Below, piece by piece: positions 32,016-45,366 of a stretch of 64,000 bases of DNA. The notes beneath the pieces were generated by a model. That model did no database searches. It worked only from the letters and a program-made list of their open reading frames with translations, and was not told the origin of the DNA. The DNA lies in the NCBI GenBank assembly GCA_051252375.1, contig JBPOFY010000001.1, forward strand, positions 352,001 to 416,000, written 5' to 3'. How positions within the stretch are numbered: position 1 is the stretch's first letter; each line of letters opens with the position of its first letter. The translations under genes and the position numbers were made by a program. Origin of the DNA: Opitutaceae bacterium. GTDB lineage: Bacteria; Verrucomicrobiota; Verrucomicrobiia; Opitutales; Coraliomargaritaceae.

Positions 32016-32234
32016 ATGTTCAACATACTCGCAGAAATCTCTGGTAATATCAACGTCGCAGCAGCAGCTATCGGTGTTCCTCTCGGCATTGGCCTCATTG
32101 GCTTCAAAGCTTGTGAAGCTGTAGGTCGTAACCCTGAAGCCGCTACTAAGGTATTGGTCCAATCGATTATCGCCATGGCTTTCGCTGAAGCGATCGTGTT
32201 CTTCGCGATCTTCCTTGGCAAGATGGCTGGCTAA
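32016..32234 (+). CDS. atpE: F0F1 ATP synthase subunit c
   Basis: GRNPEA loop and conserved Glu in AFAEA; no Na+-binding signature, so probably H+ type. Confidence 0.95.
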   Translation: MFNILAEISGNINVAAAAIGVPLGIGLIGFKACEAVGRNPEAATKVLVQSIIAMAFAEAIVFFAIFLGKMAG

Positions 32235-32252
32235 ACCACTCTTTAAGAGTCT

Positions 32253-32286
32253 TGCCGACGATCCACTTTGGATCGTCGGCACTTTT
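32253..32286 (+). terminator. Strong intra-operon hairpin after atpE
   Basis: TGCCGACGATCCA-CTT-TGGATCGTCGGCA followed by CTTTT. Confidence 0.65.
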
Positions 32287-32313
32287 AAATACATTTCCCA
32301 ACTTTCCTTATTA

Positions 32314-32952
32314 ATGAAGGCCATATTCATCACATTGCTCTTAGCATTATCACTCCCGCTCGGGCTTTATTCAGCGGAAGACCTTCACGTTGATTCGCAC
32401 GATGCTGCTACCGTAGTCGGCGAGCATGCAGAGCAGGGTGTGATTTCCGAACTTGCTGGTAACTTCGGTATAACTTGGCCGACTCTTATCGCGCAGATGG
32501 TTAATTTCATCATTGTCGCGTTTGTCCTATACAAATTTGCCGTTAAGCCGATCGCAGCGACACTTGATGAGCGCCAACAAAAAATTGCCGACGGTCTTCA
32601 GTATGCTGAAGAGATGAAAGCGCAATTGGCTGCAGCTGAGCGCGAGCGCGCAGAAAAGATCAAAGAAGCCGCCGCTCAAGCACAACGTATTTTGACCGAG
32701 TCTCGCGAGCAATCGAAGGAGATGATTGAGCAAAAGACTCAAGAAGCTGCCGCTCAAGCTGAAGCGATCATTCGTAAAGCAAGTGAAGCGACCGAGCTTG
32801 AGCGTCAAAAGATGCTTTCCGATGTTCGCCAAGAAGTGGCCCGTCTGGTTGTTGCAACTTCTGCTAAGGTGCTTGCTCGCGACCTCTCTGATACAGAGAA
32901 GCAAACCTTCTCCGATTCCGCTGCCAAGGAATTGGCTAGCGCTGGCAACTAA
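32314..32952 (+). CDS. atpF: F0F1 ATP synthase subunit b
   Basis: [11 protein letters not shown]...[12 protein letters not shown] followed by a coiled coil. Confidence 0.95.
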   Translation: MKAIFITLLLALSLPLGLYSAEDLHVDSHDAATVVGEHAEQGVISELAGNFGITWPTLIAQMVNFIIVAFVLYKFAVKPIAATLDERQQKIADGLQYAEEMKAQLAAAERERAEKIKEAAAQAQRILTESREQSKEMIEQKTQEAAAQAEAIIRKASEATELERQKMLSDVRQEVARLVVATSAKVLARDLSDTEKQTFSDSAAKELASAGN

Positions 32953-32971
32953 GCCTTCAATTTTTTAACAG

Positions 32972-33367
32972 ATGAAACGCGACAAAAAGATCACTCAGTT
33001 AGCCAAGAAGCTCGTAGAGCTTTCGAAGGACAACGGTGTCGTGACTGAAGCTAAAGTCGGCGAAGTGCTCGCTGGTCTTAAGCAAGTGAAGCACCGCCAT
33101 CATCTGACCGTCCTCAAGACCTTCCTCGTATATCTACGTCGCGAAGTCGCTTTGCAGACTGCAGTTGTTTCGACTCCGGCAGCTTTAAGTGCGGATGCGC
33201 TGGCTGCGATCGAGGCAAAATTCTCGTCCGTTTATGGCCGCACAATCACTGCAGTCACAAAACAAGATACTTCTTTAATTGCTGGTGTGCGTGTGCGCGT
33301 CGGCGACGATGTGTATGATGCGTCCGTTTCTGGTCGTCTTCAGCGCCTCGCCGAAAGCGTCAACTAA
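32972..33367 (+). CDS. atpH: F0F1 ATP synthase subunit delta (short form)
   Basis: DTSLIAGVRVRVGDDVYDASV. Confidence 0.92.
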   Translation: MKRDKKITQLAKKLVELSKDNGVVTEAKVGEVLAGLKQVKHRHHLTVLKTFLVYLRREVALQTAVVSTPAALSADALAAIEAKFSSVYGRTITAVTKQDTSLIAGVRVRVGDDVYDASVSGRLQRLAESVN

Positions 33368-33408
33368 TCCTTCTAACTACTTTCTATTAACTTCCTCCTC
33401 TTTTTACA

Positions 33409-34953
33409 ATGAGCTCAATAGTCGAACAAATCGAAAACGAGATCGCTAGCTTCGAAGCTGGCGCCGTCAAATCCAACACTGGTAAAATCGTCTCCATCGC
33501 TGATGGTGTGGCCAAGCTCGAGGGCTTGTCCGGCGTTATGTATAACGAAATGATCGATTTCGGTAAGGGCATCTACGGAATCGCCTTGAATCTTGAAGAA
33601 GACGAAGTCGGTTGCGTTATCCTCGGTGACTATTCCAAGCTGAAAGAGGGCGACGAAGCCTCCACTTCCGGCAAACTACTTTCCGTTCCCGTCGGCATGG
33701 GCCTCCTTGGTCGTGTGGTTGATGCGATTGGTAGTCCAATCGATGGCAAGGGCCCGATCAACTCGACAGAGACTTACCCTGTTGACCAAGTCGCACCTGG
33801 TATCATCCCTCGTAAGTCGGTTGATCAGCCGATGCAGACTGGTATCATGGCGATTGACTCGATGATTCCAATCGGTCGTGGCCAACGTGAGCTTATCATT
33901 GGTGACCGCTCAACTGGTAAAACCACCATCGCGATCGATACCATCATCAATCAAGCGAAGATCAACAACCAGCACCGTAACGAAGACGGCACCTTCCCGG
34001 AAGGTTTCCGCCCAGTTTACTCGATCTATGTCGCGATTGGTCAGAAGAATTCAAATATTGCTCGCACGATCGCTGTTCTTGAGAAAGCCGGCGCGATGGA
34101 ATACACTATCATCGTTTCCGCTTCTGCAGGCGACAATCCTGCCAATCAATACATCGCACCTTTCTCCGGTGCATCCATGGGCGAATACTTCATGCACAAT
34201 GGCATGGACGCGCTCATCGTATATGATGACCTTTCCAAGCAAGCCGTAGCTTATCGTCAGATTTCCTTGGTTCTTAAGCGCCCATCTGGTCGTGAAGCGT
34301 ATCCTGGTGACGTTTTCTACCTCCACTCTCGCCTCCTCGAGCGTTCTGCTCGTGTGAATGAGAACAATGGTAATGGTTCCCTCACCGCGCTCCCAATTAT
34401 TGAGACGCAAGCAGGTGACGTTTCCGCTTACATTCCAACTAACGTGATCTCGATCACCGACGGTCAGGTCTTCCTTGAAACAGACTTGTTCAATCAAGGT
34501 ATCCGCCCAGCGGTATCGGTTGGTCTCTCCGTTTCTCGTGTGGGTTCTGCCGCGCAGATCAAAGCGATCAAGAAGGTTGCCGGTAAGGTGAAGCTGCAAC
34601 TCGCTCAGTTCCGTGAGCTTGCCGCTTTCGCGCAGTTCGGTTCCGACCTCGATGCGAAGACCAAGGCTCAGCTTGAGCGTGGTGCACGTGTTGTGGAGCT
34701 CTTCAAGCAAGTCGCTTTCAACCCGATCCCTGTCGAAGTGCAATCTTCCCTCATCTGGGCGGTTCAAAATGGTTTCTTCGATACCATCCCTGTTGCAAAG
34801 ATCGTAGAAGCGACCATCAACCTTCGTGAATTCTTCGAAACACGTGGCTCCAAAACCATGGACACCATCCGTTCCGAAAAAGCGATCAGCGATGAGTCCG
34901 AAGCAGCGATCAAGTCTTCCCTCGAAGAGTGGAAAGCCGGCTTCACTGCTTAA
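33409..34953 (+). CDS. atpA: F0F1 ATP synthase subunit alpha
   Basis: [36 protein letters not shown]. Confidence 0.98.
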   Translation: MSSIVEQIENEIASFEAGAVKSNTGKIVSIADGVAKLEGLSGVMYNEMIDFGKGIYGIALNLEEDEVGCVILGDYSKLKEGDEASTSGKLLSVPVGMGLLGRVVDAIGSPIDGKGPINSTETYPVDQVAPGIIPRKSVDQPMQTGIMAIDSMIPIGRGQRELIIGDRSTGKTTIAIDTIINQAKINNQHRNEDGTFPEGFRPVYSIYVAIGQKNSNIARTIAVLEKAGAMEYTIIVSASAGDNPANQYIAPFSGASMGEYFMHNGMDALIVYDDLSKQAVAYRQISLVLKRPSGREAYPGDVFYLHSRLLERSARVNENNGNGSLTALPIIETQAGDVSAYIPTNVISITDGQVFLETDLFNQGIRPAVSVGLSVSRVGSAAQIKAIKKVAGKVKLQLAQFRELAAFAQFGSDLDAKTKAQLERGARVVELFKQVAFNPIPVEVQSSLIWAVQNGFFDTIPVAKIVEATINLREFFETRGSKTMDTIRSEKAISDESEAAIKSSLEEWKAGFTA

Positions 34954-34989
34954 TCACTTCTGAATCCTTAATTCTGACTTCTATATAGA

Positions 34990-37349
<2,360 letters not shown>

Positions 37350-37361
37350 GCGCGGAGCGCT

Positions 37362-37447
37362 TAATGGCGAATCGCTTATAGGTAATAGCTAATTTAAAAA
37401 TTACTGGCAAACTACTGAATCCTGTATTCTCCATTCTGACTTCTTAT
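37362..37447. repeat. Two degenerate heptamer tandem arrays between atpD and atpC
   Basis: TAATGGC GAATCGC TTATAGG TAATAGC, then TACTGAA TCCTGTA TTCTCCA TTCTGAC TTCTTAT. Confidence 0.55.
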
Positions 37448-37451
37448 TAAA

Positions 37452-37862
37452 ATGATTACACTTGAAATAATTACACCTGACGAAAAGGTCCTCAGCACCG
37501 AGGCCACACAGGTCGTATTGCCGACCGAGTCGGGTGAAACAGGTATTCTCACTGGCCACATCCCGATGGTGACGAAGATCGTCGCCGGAGAGTTGAGGGT
37601 CATTAAAGATGGCGTTAGCGAATACATCGCAGTTGACCACGGCTTTGCCAAGGTTCTTGGCAACACGGTTTCCGTGCTCACCGAAGCAGCTGTTGACGTG
37701 AAGGAGATTGATCTCGGAGAGGTAGAGTCTGCTCAAGCCCGCGCCGAAGAAGCACTCCGCGCAGCCGCAGCAGAAGGAGCCGATCCAGCCGAAGTCGAAC
37801 GCCTCGAAACCAGCGTCCGTTATCTGATCGCTCAAAAGCTGGCCAAAGGCCGTCGCCGCTAA
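37452..37862 (+). CDS. atpC: F0F1 ATP synthase subunit epsilon
   Basis: LEIITPD; GETGILTGHIP; GFAKV. Confidence 0.95.
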   Translation: MITLEIITPDEKVLSTEATQVVLPTESGETGILTGHIPMVTKIVAGELRVIKDGVSEYIAVDHGFAKVLGNTVSVLTEAAVDVKEIDLGEVESAQARAEEALRAAAAEGADPAEVERLETSVRYLIAQKLAKGRRR

Positions 37863-37882
37863 TCGCAGCCAAATCAATTTAC

Positions 37883-37915
37883 AAAACGCGTCTCTCAAAA
37901 GGGGGCGCGTTTTTT
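37883..37915 (+). terminator. atp operon terminator
   Basis: AAAACGCGTCTCT...GGGGGCGCGTTTTTT. Confidence 0.8.
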
Positions 37916-37954
37916 GTGTCTAGACACTATTGACTAACGGGTTACTTTATTTTC

Positions 37955-38314
37955 ATGCCAACAAGCTACGCACTCTATCTCGACGACGTCCGTCATCCGC
38001 CTCAGACGGGGGAGGATTGGGTCCTGGTTCGGTCGGTGGCGGCGATGCGGGAGCTACTCGAAGTGCGCGGTATCCCTGCTCTGGCTTCGTTTGATTATGA
38101 GCTCGGGCGGACAGATCCCTCGAATGATGGTGGCGATGCGGTGGCGAGTTTTTTGGAGTTCATCCAGTCGGTTGCAAATGCGGAAGAGCCGGTCGATGTG
38201 GAAGTTCGTTTGCATACCAGCTCAAGCTACGGGGCGACTAGGATGGCCGAGTTGTTGCGCAACAGCTACAATGCTTGCGGCGAAGCAGGTATACGTCTCA
38301 TGCATTCATATTAA
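37955..38314 (+). CDS. Cyclic-phosphate-processing receiver (cREC)-like domain protein
   Basis: LYLDDVRHPP, W.LVRS, SFDYELG, VRLHTSS..G follow the LxLDDxR / SxDHDLG / HSxNxxG pattern. Confidence 0.65.
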   Translation: MPTSYALYLDDVRHPPQTGEDWVLVRSVAAMRELLEVRGIPALASFDYELGRTDPSNDGGDAVASFLEFIQSVANAEEPVDVEVRLHTSSSYGATRMAELLRNSYNACGEAGIRLMHSY

Positions 38315-38317
38315 TGC

Positions 38318-38343
38318 GGTAGCGGCGGTTGTCCCAACCGCCA
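38318..38343 (+). repeat. GTAG-type REP element
   Basis: GGTAGCGGCGGTTGTCCCAACCGCCA, identical to 40741-40766. Confidence 0.8.
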
Positions 38344-38429
38344 TCAGTATCCCATTTGCCTTCTCCGGTCTAAAACCGCGCCCCATTTCTATGATTGGAA
38401 AACACTAAATGGGAGCTAGGCTGCTTTGT

Positions 38430-38945
38430 ATGGAAACTCTACTGGAAATCTTGCAACGTCCGTTCGTGATTGGGTTGATCATTGGATTGATCCTTATGTT
38501 CGTGGTGTGGTTGCGGTCGCTTAGTAAGATGAATGCGGCGAAGAAAGCGCATGCCAAAGAGAGCCGAGAGTTGCTTGCAAAGGTCGGACGATTAGAGACA
38601 CACATACGCACGCAAATGGAACTCAGTGCCGATGGAAGTGTGGCTGTAAAAGCCGAAGTCGAAGAGTTGAAGAAGCAGATCGAAAATTTACGTGTCTCCA
38701 ACAACTCACTTTCAACCAAGCCAGGTCGTGCCGAGTTGCGTCAACTTCACCTTTATGAGAAAGCGCTTAGTGTGATGCATGTGCGGGCACCTGGTTTTTC
38801 TGTCGCTTGGAGTGAAGCGATCCGAGACGCCGAAGCGGAACTGGAAAAAGAAGAGCGGGGCCTGTTGAAGTGGATCCGAAAGCCTTTTCAATTAGGAAAA
38901 GCCAGCACAGCCGAAGAGGTGACTGAAGTTGAGGAGACGCAGTAG
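38430..38945 (+). CDS. Membrane-anchored coiled-coil hypothetical protein
   Basis: N-terminal TM helix followed by a heptad-rich region. Confidence 0.7.
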   Translation: METLLEILQRPFVIGLIIGLILMFVVWLRSLSKMNAAKKAHAKESRELLAKVGRLETHIRTQMELSADGSVAVKAEVEELKKQIENLRVSNNSLSTKPGRAELRQLHLYEKALSVMHVRAPGFSVAWSEAIRDAEAELEKEERGLLKWIRKPFQLGKASTAEEVTEVEETQ

Positions 38946-39021
38946 GCAACTAGTTGCACTGTGCAATAAAAGCGGTCTGTCGTTGGCTCGTGCCGATGTA
39001 GATGATGGCTACTTCGTGAGG

Positions 39022-40740
39022 ATGACTGGCATAGCTTTAAATTATCTGTGGGCGTTCTGTGCTCTTTGTTTGGCGCATGCTGCCTTTGCTGTGGAGCATC
39101 CGGCGGTGGTTCATCGTGAGTTTATCCATACAGAGGATGTGGGTTTTGGGAACAGTGTGTTCCTCGTGGGCGATGCGGAGCTGTTGGGTGCCAATGATCC
39201 GACCAAAGGGATTCAAATGCGCTATACCGCAGGTAATGTCTGGAAAGCGAATGTGGCGATTGAGCCACGTGCGGGGGCTTTGAATTATCAATTCGTCAGC
39301 CGTGCGACGGATCCTTCGGTGTATTGCGATTCCAGTAACACGTCCAATCTGAGTGCCGGGGATACGCTTGTATTGGGCGATGATGCGCCTGCGCCTTATG
39401 AGGGAAAGACGATTTATTATTACAGCGCATGGGAGCAGGTGAATCTGTTCTATTGGTCAACGAGTGCAGGTGTATTTGTCGAACAAGCGATGGCCCGTGT
39501 GGGCGATGGTCGCAGCGAAGACGAAGGACTGTATAAGATCGCCGAGATTGGTGAGGCTGGTCGGGACTTGATTTTCATTTTCAACAATGGCGATGGCTTG
39601 TGGGATAATGCCTTTGGTCAATCTGGGCAAAATTATGAAACGTCCTTAGATTTTATCTTCGTTCAGGACGGGCACGTCTTTAACTACTGGCCAGCAGCGG
39701 CGGTGTCCGCTCCCCGTTTCGAGACTCGCGCGGTCGCGTCCACGGTGGTCGGTATTGATGGGCGCAATATTAAGATTTATCTGCCTCGTGGTTATGACTC
39801 GCACCCGAACAGACGCTACCCGGTGCTCTATATGCATGATGGACAAAATGTCTTTTCACCGGGCGGTAGCTTTGGCAGTTGGGACGTCGATCTGACTGCG
39901 AGTGCCGAGATACAGATGGGTCGAGTGCGTGAATGTATCATTGTAGCGATTGATAATACTGAGGACCGACTTTCTGAATACTTGCCGCCTACAGATGACT
40001 TCAATGGCACAGGTCGCTGCGATGATTACGCCAGTTTCGTTATCGATAATGTCCGACCGACCTTAGATGTGAATTATCGAACTTTGAAAGACCCCAGCAA
40101 TACGCTGTTGATGGGCTCGTCTTTTGGCGGCATCGCGACGATCTACATGGGTTGGGCGCACGCATCGGTGTTTGGAAAGCTCGGAGTGCTGTCGCCCTCT
40201 TGGTGGGCGATTCCTAACTTACGCAATCAAATGCACTCGGTAGACGCCCGCTCGGAGCGAGTCTTTCTCTATTGGGGGACCGAGGAGTCGTCCACTTCGG
40301 CTGACGCCGCAACTTGGTGGCCTCCGTTCCTTGATGGCTATGATATTTACCTGAGTCAGGGCTATCATGTGGGTGGCGATTTCCTTTCGAGGGTAGGGTG
40401 TGGACTCGCTCACAATGAAGCTGCATGGGCGAACCAGATGGCAGAGGCGCTGGGCTTTCTCCTTGATGTAAACGATTCACCCAATGAGTTGGCTTATGTT
40501 GAGGCGCGTCCAGCTGTAGAAATTGCTGTCAATGAAGGAGACGAGGTGAATCTTCAATTTACAGGGATCTCAGGCTATCGCTATGAGTTTGAATCGACGG
40601 ATGATCTCACCGACGGAGAATCATGGAGTCTCGTGTCAGCACACGTGACGAGTCGCTATTGGAAAACGTTCTCGGTGAGCGACACCATAGAAGCAGAAGA
40701 AACTGCAGGTTTCTACCGTGTATCGGTAACGCTAGATTAG
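39022..40740 (+). CDS. Secreted alpha/beta-hydrolase esterase with starch-binding (CBM20-like, CBM25/26-like) modules
   Basis: Signal peptide; GNSVFLVGD..LG (CBM20-like); FIFNNGDGLWDN...QNY; YPVLYMHDGQN; nucleophile GSSFGG; HNEAAW; C-terminal FYRV. Confidence 0.8.
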   Translation: MTGIALNYLWAFCALCLAHAAFAVEHPAVVHREFIHTEDVGFGNSVFLVGDAELLGANDPTKGIQMRYTAGNVWKANVAIEPRAGALNYQFVSRATDPSVYCDSSNTSNLSAGDTLVLGDDAPAPYEGKTIYYYSAWEQVNLFYWSTSAGVFVEQAMARVGDGRSEDEGLYKIAEIGEAGRDLIFIFNNGDGLWDNAFGQSGQNYETSLDFIFVQDGHVFNYWPAAAVSAPRFETRAVASTVVGIDGRNIKIYLPRGYDSHPNRRYPVLYMHDGQNVFSPGGSFGSWDVDLTASAEIQMGRVRECIIVAIDNTEDRLSEYLPPTDDFNGTGRCDDYASFVIDNVRPTLDVNYRTLKDPSNTLLMGSSFGGIATIYMGWAHASVFGKLGVLSPSWWAIPNLRNQMHSVDARSERVFLYWGTEESSTSADAATWWPPFLDGYDIYLSQGYHVGGDFLSRVGCGLAHNEAAWANQMAEALGFLLDVNDSPNELAYVEARPAVEIAVNEGDEVNLQFTGISGYRYEFESTDDLTDGESWSLVSAHVTSRYWKTFSVSDTIEAEETAGFYRVSVTLD

Positions 40741-40817
40741 GGTAGCGGCGGTTGTCCCAACCGCCACCAGCATCGGTCGATCCTGACGTATGGCGATTAG
40801 GGACAATCGCCGCCACC
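40741..40817. repeat. REP doublet (REPIN-like) between convergent genes
   Basis: GGTAGCGGCGGTTGTCCCAACCGCCA plus an inverted copy reading GGTGGCGGCGATTGTCCCTAATCGCCA on the minus strand. Confidence 0.8.
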
Positions 40818-41585
40818 TTTATGCGCGCGCTGAAACGCCACGCCGAGACCCATCAGAGTGAGGTCTTCGACGAATAAACTTTTTTGTGCCCAGTCCTTGG
40901 TCAAGTTGGCGATACTGCCGCCCGTGGAGAGGACGACTGGTGCGGTTTCGCCACGTGATTGCAGTTCGGCGGTTACGCGGGCGAGGAGGGCATCGATCAT
41001 TCCGGAAAAGCCGACCGCGACGCCCAGCTTCATGGCGTGTATCGTGGACTTGCCGATCGCGCCTTCGACATTGAGTAGGTCCTCGGCTTTCAGTTCTGGG
41101 AGTAGTGCTGTCTGTTCGTGCAGGTATCTGGTCATCACGGCGAGACCGGGGGCGATGATGCCACCTTCGTAACCAGCGCTGGAAACGATGTCGAAGGTCA
41201 CGGCAGTGCCCATGTCGATGACGATGGCGGGAATGCCGTAAAATTCCTGAGCAGCAATCGCGTTGGCGATACGGTCTTGCCCGATCTCCTTTGGCTTTGG
41301 ATAAACTAAATCTAGCCCAGGGCAACTGTCACAGGTGAGGTGGAAGACCGGTCGACCCAGCGGTTCAAGGCTGGAGCAAAGCGATTGATTGATGTCCGGA
41401 ACAACCGAACAAAAGGAAATGCCCGATATGTCTCCGACTAGGGACATAATGCGTTTCGTAAACTCTGCTGAAGGACCATGGTCAAAGTCATGGGTCGGGA
41501 AATGACCCGTGGCGTGCACAGTTTGCCCATCCACTAAACCATAGTGGGTGCTGGTGTTGCCGACATCGATACAAAGTAAATTCAT
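40797..41585 (-). CDS. coaX: Type III pantothenate kinase
   Basis: [31 protein letters not shown]. Confidence 0.95.
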   Translation of the reverse strand: MNLLCIDVGNTSTHYGLVDGQTVHATGHFPTHDFDHGPSAEFTKRIMSLVGDISGISFCSVVPDINQSLCSSLEPLGRPVFHLTCDSCPGLDLVYPKPKEIGQDRIANAIAAQEFYGIPAIVIDMGTAVTFDIVSSAGYEGGIIAPGLAVMTRYLHEQTALLPELKAEDLLNVEGAIGKSTIHAMKLGVAVGFSGMIDALLARVTAELQSRGETAPVVLSTGGSIANLTKDWAQKSLFVEDLTLMGLGVAFQRAHKGGGDCP

Positions 41586-41637
41586 AATGTGTAATAGCTA
41601 AAAACTAATTATTTAGTCATGAGTGATTCGCAATTAG

Positions 41638-42672
41638 CTATTTTTTTAAAGTGACATCCCCTGCGCGAATGCTGTGTAAGGTGCCGGTTTCAGTTTTTAG
41701 TAGCAGTGCTCCGCTATCGTCGATGCCTGAGGCGATGCCAGAGATCTCCTTGCCGCCCATGATGGCGGTCACGTGTTGACCGGCGAGTGCACTGAGTGGT
41801 GCCCAAGCGTCGGCGAGGTTTTCAGTGGGGTTGTTGCCGATGGAGACATTGTAGGCTTTGTCGATGGCAGCGATGACTTGCGCGGCCACTTGGTTGAGTG
41901 GCAGCTCCTTGCCGTTGACGGCATAAAGACTAGTCGCGAGCTTGCGAATCGCCTCTGGGTATTTTGCTGGGTTGCTATTTACGTTCAGACCGATGCCGAA
42001 AACGATGCTGCGGATGCTGTCTGCGTCCATCTTCGCTTCGGTCAACATCCCGGCAAATTTGCGACCATCGCAGTGGAGATCGTTGGGCCATTTGATTTTC
42101 AGGGGGGCGTTGGGCACCAAGCTTTGCAGTGCACGGCAAATATAGATCCCCGCCCAAAGTGTGAAGTGCTGGAGCTGCTGCGGTGGAATGTTGGGCTCGA
42201 AGACAACAGACAGGTAGAGATTGTCGGCTGATGCGCTGTGCCAGTCGCGACCAAGGCGTCCGCGACCTTTGGTTTGGCAGCTAGATGTCACCGAAAAGGG
42301 ACTTGCCCTTCGATGTGAGAGTTGTCGCTCGGCTTCGCTATTAGTGCTATCGATGACAGGGAAGTAAATCACGTCCATGTCAGTGCCTGCTTTCTCTCCG
42401 TAGTAGCGGATCAATGCCGGATGTATGACTTCTGGCTCTTTGACGAGGCGGTAACCTCGGTTGCGGACGGCTTCGAACTCGAAACCTTTGTCGCGCAGCT
42501 TTTCCAGTTTCCCCCAAATCGCTGGTCGGGACATATTGAGCTGCTCGCCGAGTAAACTGCCGGAAACAAACCCCTCACCTGCATCAAGCAAAGCTTTGAT
42601 AATGGTGTATTCGTCTTCGGTGGACGTGACTTCGCGGTATTCTGTGTCCAGCATTTCATGGGTTTTGATCAT
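41638..42672 (-). CDS. birA: Bifunctional biotin ligase/repressor
   Basis: N-terminal HTH ([18 protein letters not shown]); [25 protein letters not shown]. Confidence 0.95.
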   Translation of the reverse strand: MIKTHEMLDTEYREVTSTEDEYTIIKALLDAGEGFVSGSLLGEQLNMSRPAIWGKLEKLRDKGFEFEAVRNRGYRLVKEPEVIHPALIRYYGEKAGTDMDVIYFPVIDSTNSEAERQLSHRRASPFSVTSSCQTKGRGRLGRDWHSASADNLYLSVVFEPNIPPQQLQHFTLWAGIYICRALQSLVPNAPLKIKWPNDLHCDGRKFAGMLTEAKMDADSIRSIVFGIGLNVNSNPAKYPEAIRKLATSLYAVNGKELPLNQVAAQVIAAIDKAYNVSIGNNPTENLADAWAPLSALAGQHVTAIMGGKEISGIASGIDDSGALLLKTETGTLHSIRAGDVTLKK

Positions 42673-42770
42673 TTATTGCTCTATTGTTAAGCGCTAAATA
42701 GCGATGCAGTTTCTTCCGCGCGCATATTTTGTAATGGGTTTTATAATAACTATATGCTGTCTTCGAACTT

Positions 42771-43823
42771 ATGAAGTCGGCTGGCCTAGTTATATTGCTG
42801 TTGTTTCTCGCACTAAACATGCATGGGAAAGTAGTGACGGCGTCGCTCAACTTAGATGGTCAGGCGCCATTGAACGATATTGTTGTGACCATCGTTCCTC
42901 CCGTAGCTTCTAGTTCGAGCACAACTACACTGAGCGGATCCCTGCTTGTGGCGTTCGACATCGATACAGACCTTGATCAGGTTTCCAGCGTGAACGTGCT
43001 GAGTGGTGATATGGTTGGCTCACCACTGGAATTCATTAGCACGAGTTTCCTTCTCCGTTATAATATCAGCACATCAGGTAACATTGGGGTAGATATCTTC
43101 ACACCATCCCCGCCTTCAGTTGTGAATCCTGTGACTGGCGAGTTTGATGCAGCAGAACACACCTTTTTGATCAATGAAGGCATCTTATCTGGAGAGCTAA
43201 CCCCATTTCTCTCCCCGACGAGCACATTTTCGACTGACTTTTCGATAGAACCCTTTGGCGATTCCAGTAGTGGAACCGGAGTAGTCACCATTTCTTTGCA
43301 AAGCAGTGATGCCGTCTCGAAGACCTACTCGATTGAGATGCTGTATCCTGTGAGCACGACGACCCCATTGGATGTAGATGGGACACTAATCGATGTGGTT
43401 GTGTTGGGAGAGATCAAAGCGATCGGCACAGTGACTGTTCCTTTGCTTACAGAGTTTGAATTGTGGCTTCAGGAGAATTCCCTTCCGAGCGCTCAATTCG
43501 AGGAGCTGAATCAGTTTGGCTTTGCCTTGGGTATTCAATGGGCGTTGGGCCTCAGTGCGAGCACCTCGCCTCAAAACTTTATGCCAGTGCTCGACGTCGT
43601 TTCACCGACCTCGACTCTCTACACGCTGGCATTGCCGGCGGGTGGCTCAGCTGGCGATCTAACGATTCTCTATGCCACGGATTTGGGGCAGCCATTTACA
43701 GTTCTTGATTCTGCAGCGGTCAGCGTAGGAAACCCGATTCCCGGGGGCACCACTGGCTTGGTCACGATCACGCTACCTAGCTCGGGTCGCGGCTTTATCA
43801 AACTGAGCGCGACCGAGCCTTAG
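42771..43823 (+). CDS. Secreted Ser/Thr-rich hypothetical protein
   Basis: Signal peptide; beta-rich body; C-terminal domain (FELW...WALG...GRGFIKL) resembling Verrucomicrobia surface-protein tails. Confidence 0.7.
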   Translation: MKSAGLVILLLFLALNMHGKVVTASLNLDGQAPLNDIVVTIVPPVASSSSTTTLSGSLLVAFDIDTDLDQVSSVNVLSGDMVGSPLEFISTSFLLRYNISTSGNIGVDIFTPSPPSVVNPVTGEFDAAEHTFLINEGILSGELTPFLSPTSTFSTDFSIEPFGDSSSGTGVVTISLQSSDAVSKTYSIEMLYPVSTTTPLDVDGTLIDVVVLGEIKAIGTVTVPLLTEFELWLQENSLPSAQFEELNQFGFALGIQWALGLSASTSPQNFMPVLDVVSPTSTLYTLALPAGGSAGDLTILYATDLGQPFTVLDSAAVSVGNPIPGGTTGLVTITLPSSGRGFIKLSATEP

Positions 43824-43853
43824 GGCATTCTTCGCCTAGTTTATCTCATGGGG

Positions 43854-43879
43854 GTAGGGCGCGATTTCCGTATCGCGCC
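43854..43879 (+). repeat. GTAG-type REP element (variant)
   Basis: GTAG-GGCGCGAT-TTCCGT-ATCGCGCC between convergent genes. Confidence 0.6.
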
Positions 43880-43899
43880 GCATGAAAATGGAATACGGA

Positions 43900-44829
43900 C
43901 TATAGCCAGTCCAGGCCGATGTCTTTCCAACGGCTTTGGTGGATCGGGGCACCAGTTGAGATGAAGTCCAGCCCGAGCGTGCCAAGTTGTTGCAAGGAGC
44001 TTTGGGTGATGCCGCCACTGGCTTCGGTGCAGGCGCGTCCGTCGATCAGTCGTATGGCAGCTTCCAGTTCGTCGTTGGTAAAGTTGTCGAGTAGGATGAT
44101 GTCGGCTCCGGCGTCAAGCACGGGGGGAATTTGATCGAGGGCATCGACTTCGACTTCAATCGCGAGGTCTTCACAGGCGTTGACGGCGAGGGAGACGGTA
44201 TTGGTCAAGCGGTTGCCTTCTGTAGCACCAGCCACGGCGAGGTGATTGTCCTTAAGCATCACGCGGTCAAAAAGCCCGATGCGGTGGTTGTGGCCGCCAC
44301 CACAGGCAAATGCGTATTTCTGGAGCACACGGTATCCGGGCAAAGTTTTGCGGGTGTCGAGTAGGGCGGTGTCGCTGCCTTCGAGCGCTTGCACATAAGC
44401 ATTGGTTTCAGTGGCAATACCGGAGAGGTGCTGGAGGAAGTTTAAAATGACACGCTCAGCTTGCAGTAGCGGACCGGAGGGACCGTGGAGTGTGCCGAGG
44501 ATGTCGCCCTTTTGGAGCGAGTCGCCGTCCTTAGAACTGGGTTCGAAGCTGCAGTTTTCATCGTAGGTGTTGAGCACGATGGGGATGAGCCCAAGGCCGC
44601 AGACGATGAGTGGCTCGCGTGCGGTCAATTGAGCGCTGCCTTGGGCACCTTCAGGCATGAGTGCGGTGGTGACGTCGCCGAGTCGGGCAGGGCGGACCGC
44701 GAGTCCGGCGCCGGCAAGGTCTTCGATTTTGGCGAGTCCAGCGAGTTGGCGCAGGTAGTCGTGGTCGAGGTCATCCCAAGCGAGTCGGGTGAGAAAAGTG
44801 TCTTTGGAATAGCGTCGGTCGTGACTCAT
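43900..44829 (-). CDS. nadC: Nicotinate-nucleotide diphosphorylase (quinolinate phosphoribosyltransferase)
   Basis: [48 protein letters not shown]. Confidence 0.96.
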   Translation of the reverse strand: MSHDRRYSKDTFLTRLAWDDLDHDYLRQLAGLAKIEDLAGAGLAVRPARLGDVTTALMPEGAQGSAQLTAREPLIVCGLGLIPIVLNTYDENCSFEPSSKDGDSLQKGDILGTLHGPSGPLLQAERVILNFLQHLSGIATETNAYVQALEGSDTALLDTRKTLPGYRVLQKYAFACGGGHNHRIGLFDRVMLKDNHLAVAGATEGNRLTNTVSLAVNACEDLAIEVEVDALDQIPPVLDAGADIILLDNFTNDELEAAIRLIDGRACTEASGGITQSSLQQLGTLGLDFISTGAPIHQSRWKDIGLDWL

Positions 44830-44943
44830 TGTATTGGAGGGAAACGCTCCGTCGTTTCCGCAGTGGTCTGGAGGCCAATTCAACTTGGCGAGTCGCTACG
44901 GCAATGACGGAGCATTGCCCTCCAGAAATGAATGTTTATGCGT

Positions 44944-45366
44944 TTAGTTGTAAGATTCGACTTTACTGACTTTGCCGGTTTGCCGGTCGAAGATTACGCG
45001 CTTGAGTAGACGGGTGCGGTTAGGGCTGACGCCGACCCCCGTGCCAATACCGACGCCAGAGCCTCTGGTGCCAATGCCGCCTCCTAGAGAGACGCCAAGT
45101 GAGGGCTTGATTTCGCGATACTCCCAAGCGACTTGCTTGCCCGCTGCGGTGTCGACGGTGGTTTCGCGGCTGGGATCGCCGAGTGCCATGCGCACCATGT
45201 CTTGATCGAAGCCGACAGCGATTTGGCCTGTTCGAATCATTCGTTGTTCTCCGGGCGTGTAGGTCTTAAATAGGGCTTCGTTTTGATCGATGCGTTGACT
45301 GGTCGATGCGCAACCAATGAAAAATAGAGAGAGTGCGAATACGAAAAATGTGAGGATTGTTTTCAT
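44944..45366 (-). CDS. Hypothetical lipoprotein
   Basis: Lipobox FIGC; VGFDQDMVRMALGDP (SmpA/BamE-like); Gly-rich insert. Confidence 0.75.
   Translation of the reverse strand: MKTILTFFVFALSLFFIGCASTSQRIDQNEALFKTYTPGEQRMIRTGQIAVGFDQDMVRMALGDPSRETTVDTAAGKQVAWEYREIKPSLGVSLGGGIGTRGSGVGIGTGVGVSPNRTRLLKRVIFDRQTGKVSKVESYN

Noticed and set aside
32016..32234. Na+-translocating or N-type ATPase
   Set aside because: Subunit c lacks the Q...ES/T motif and the gene order is canonical BEFHAGDC.
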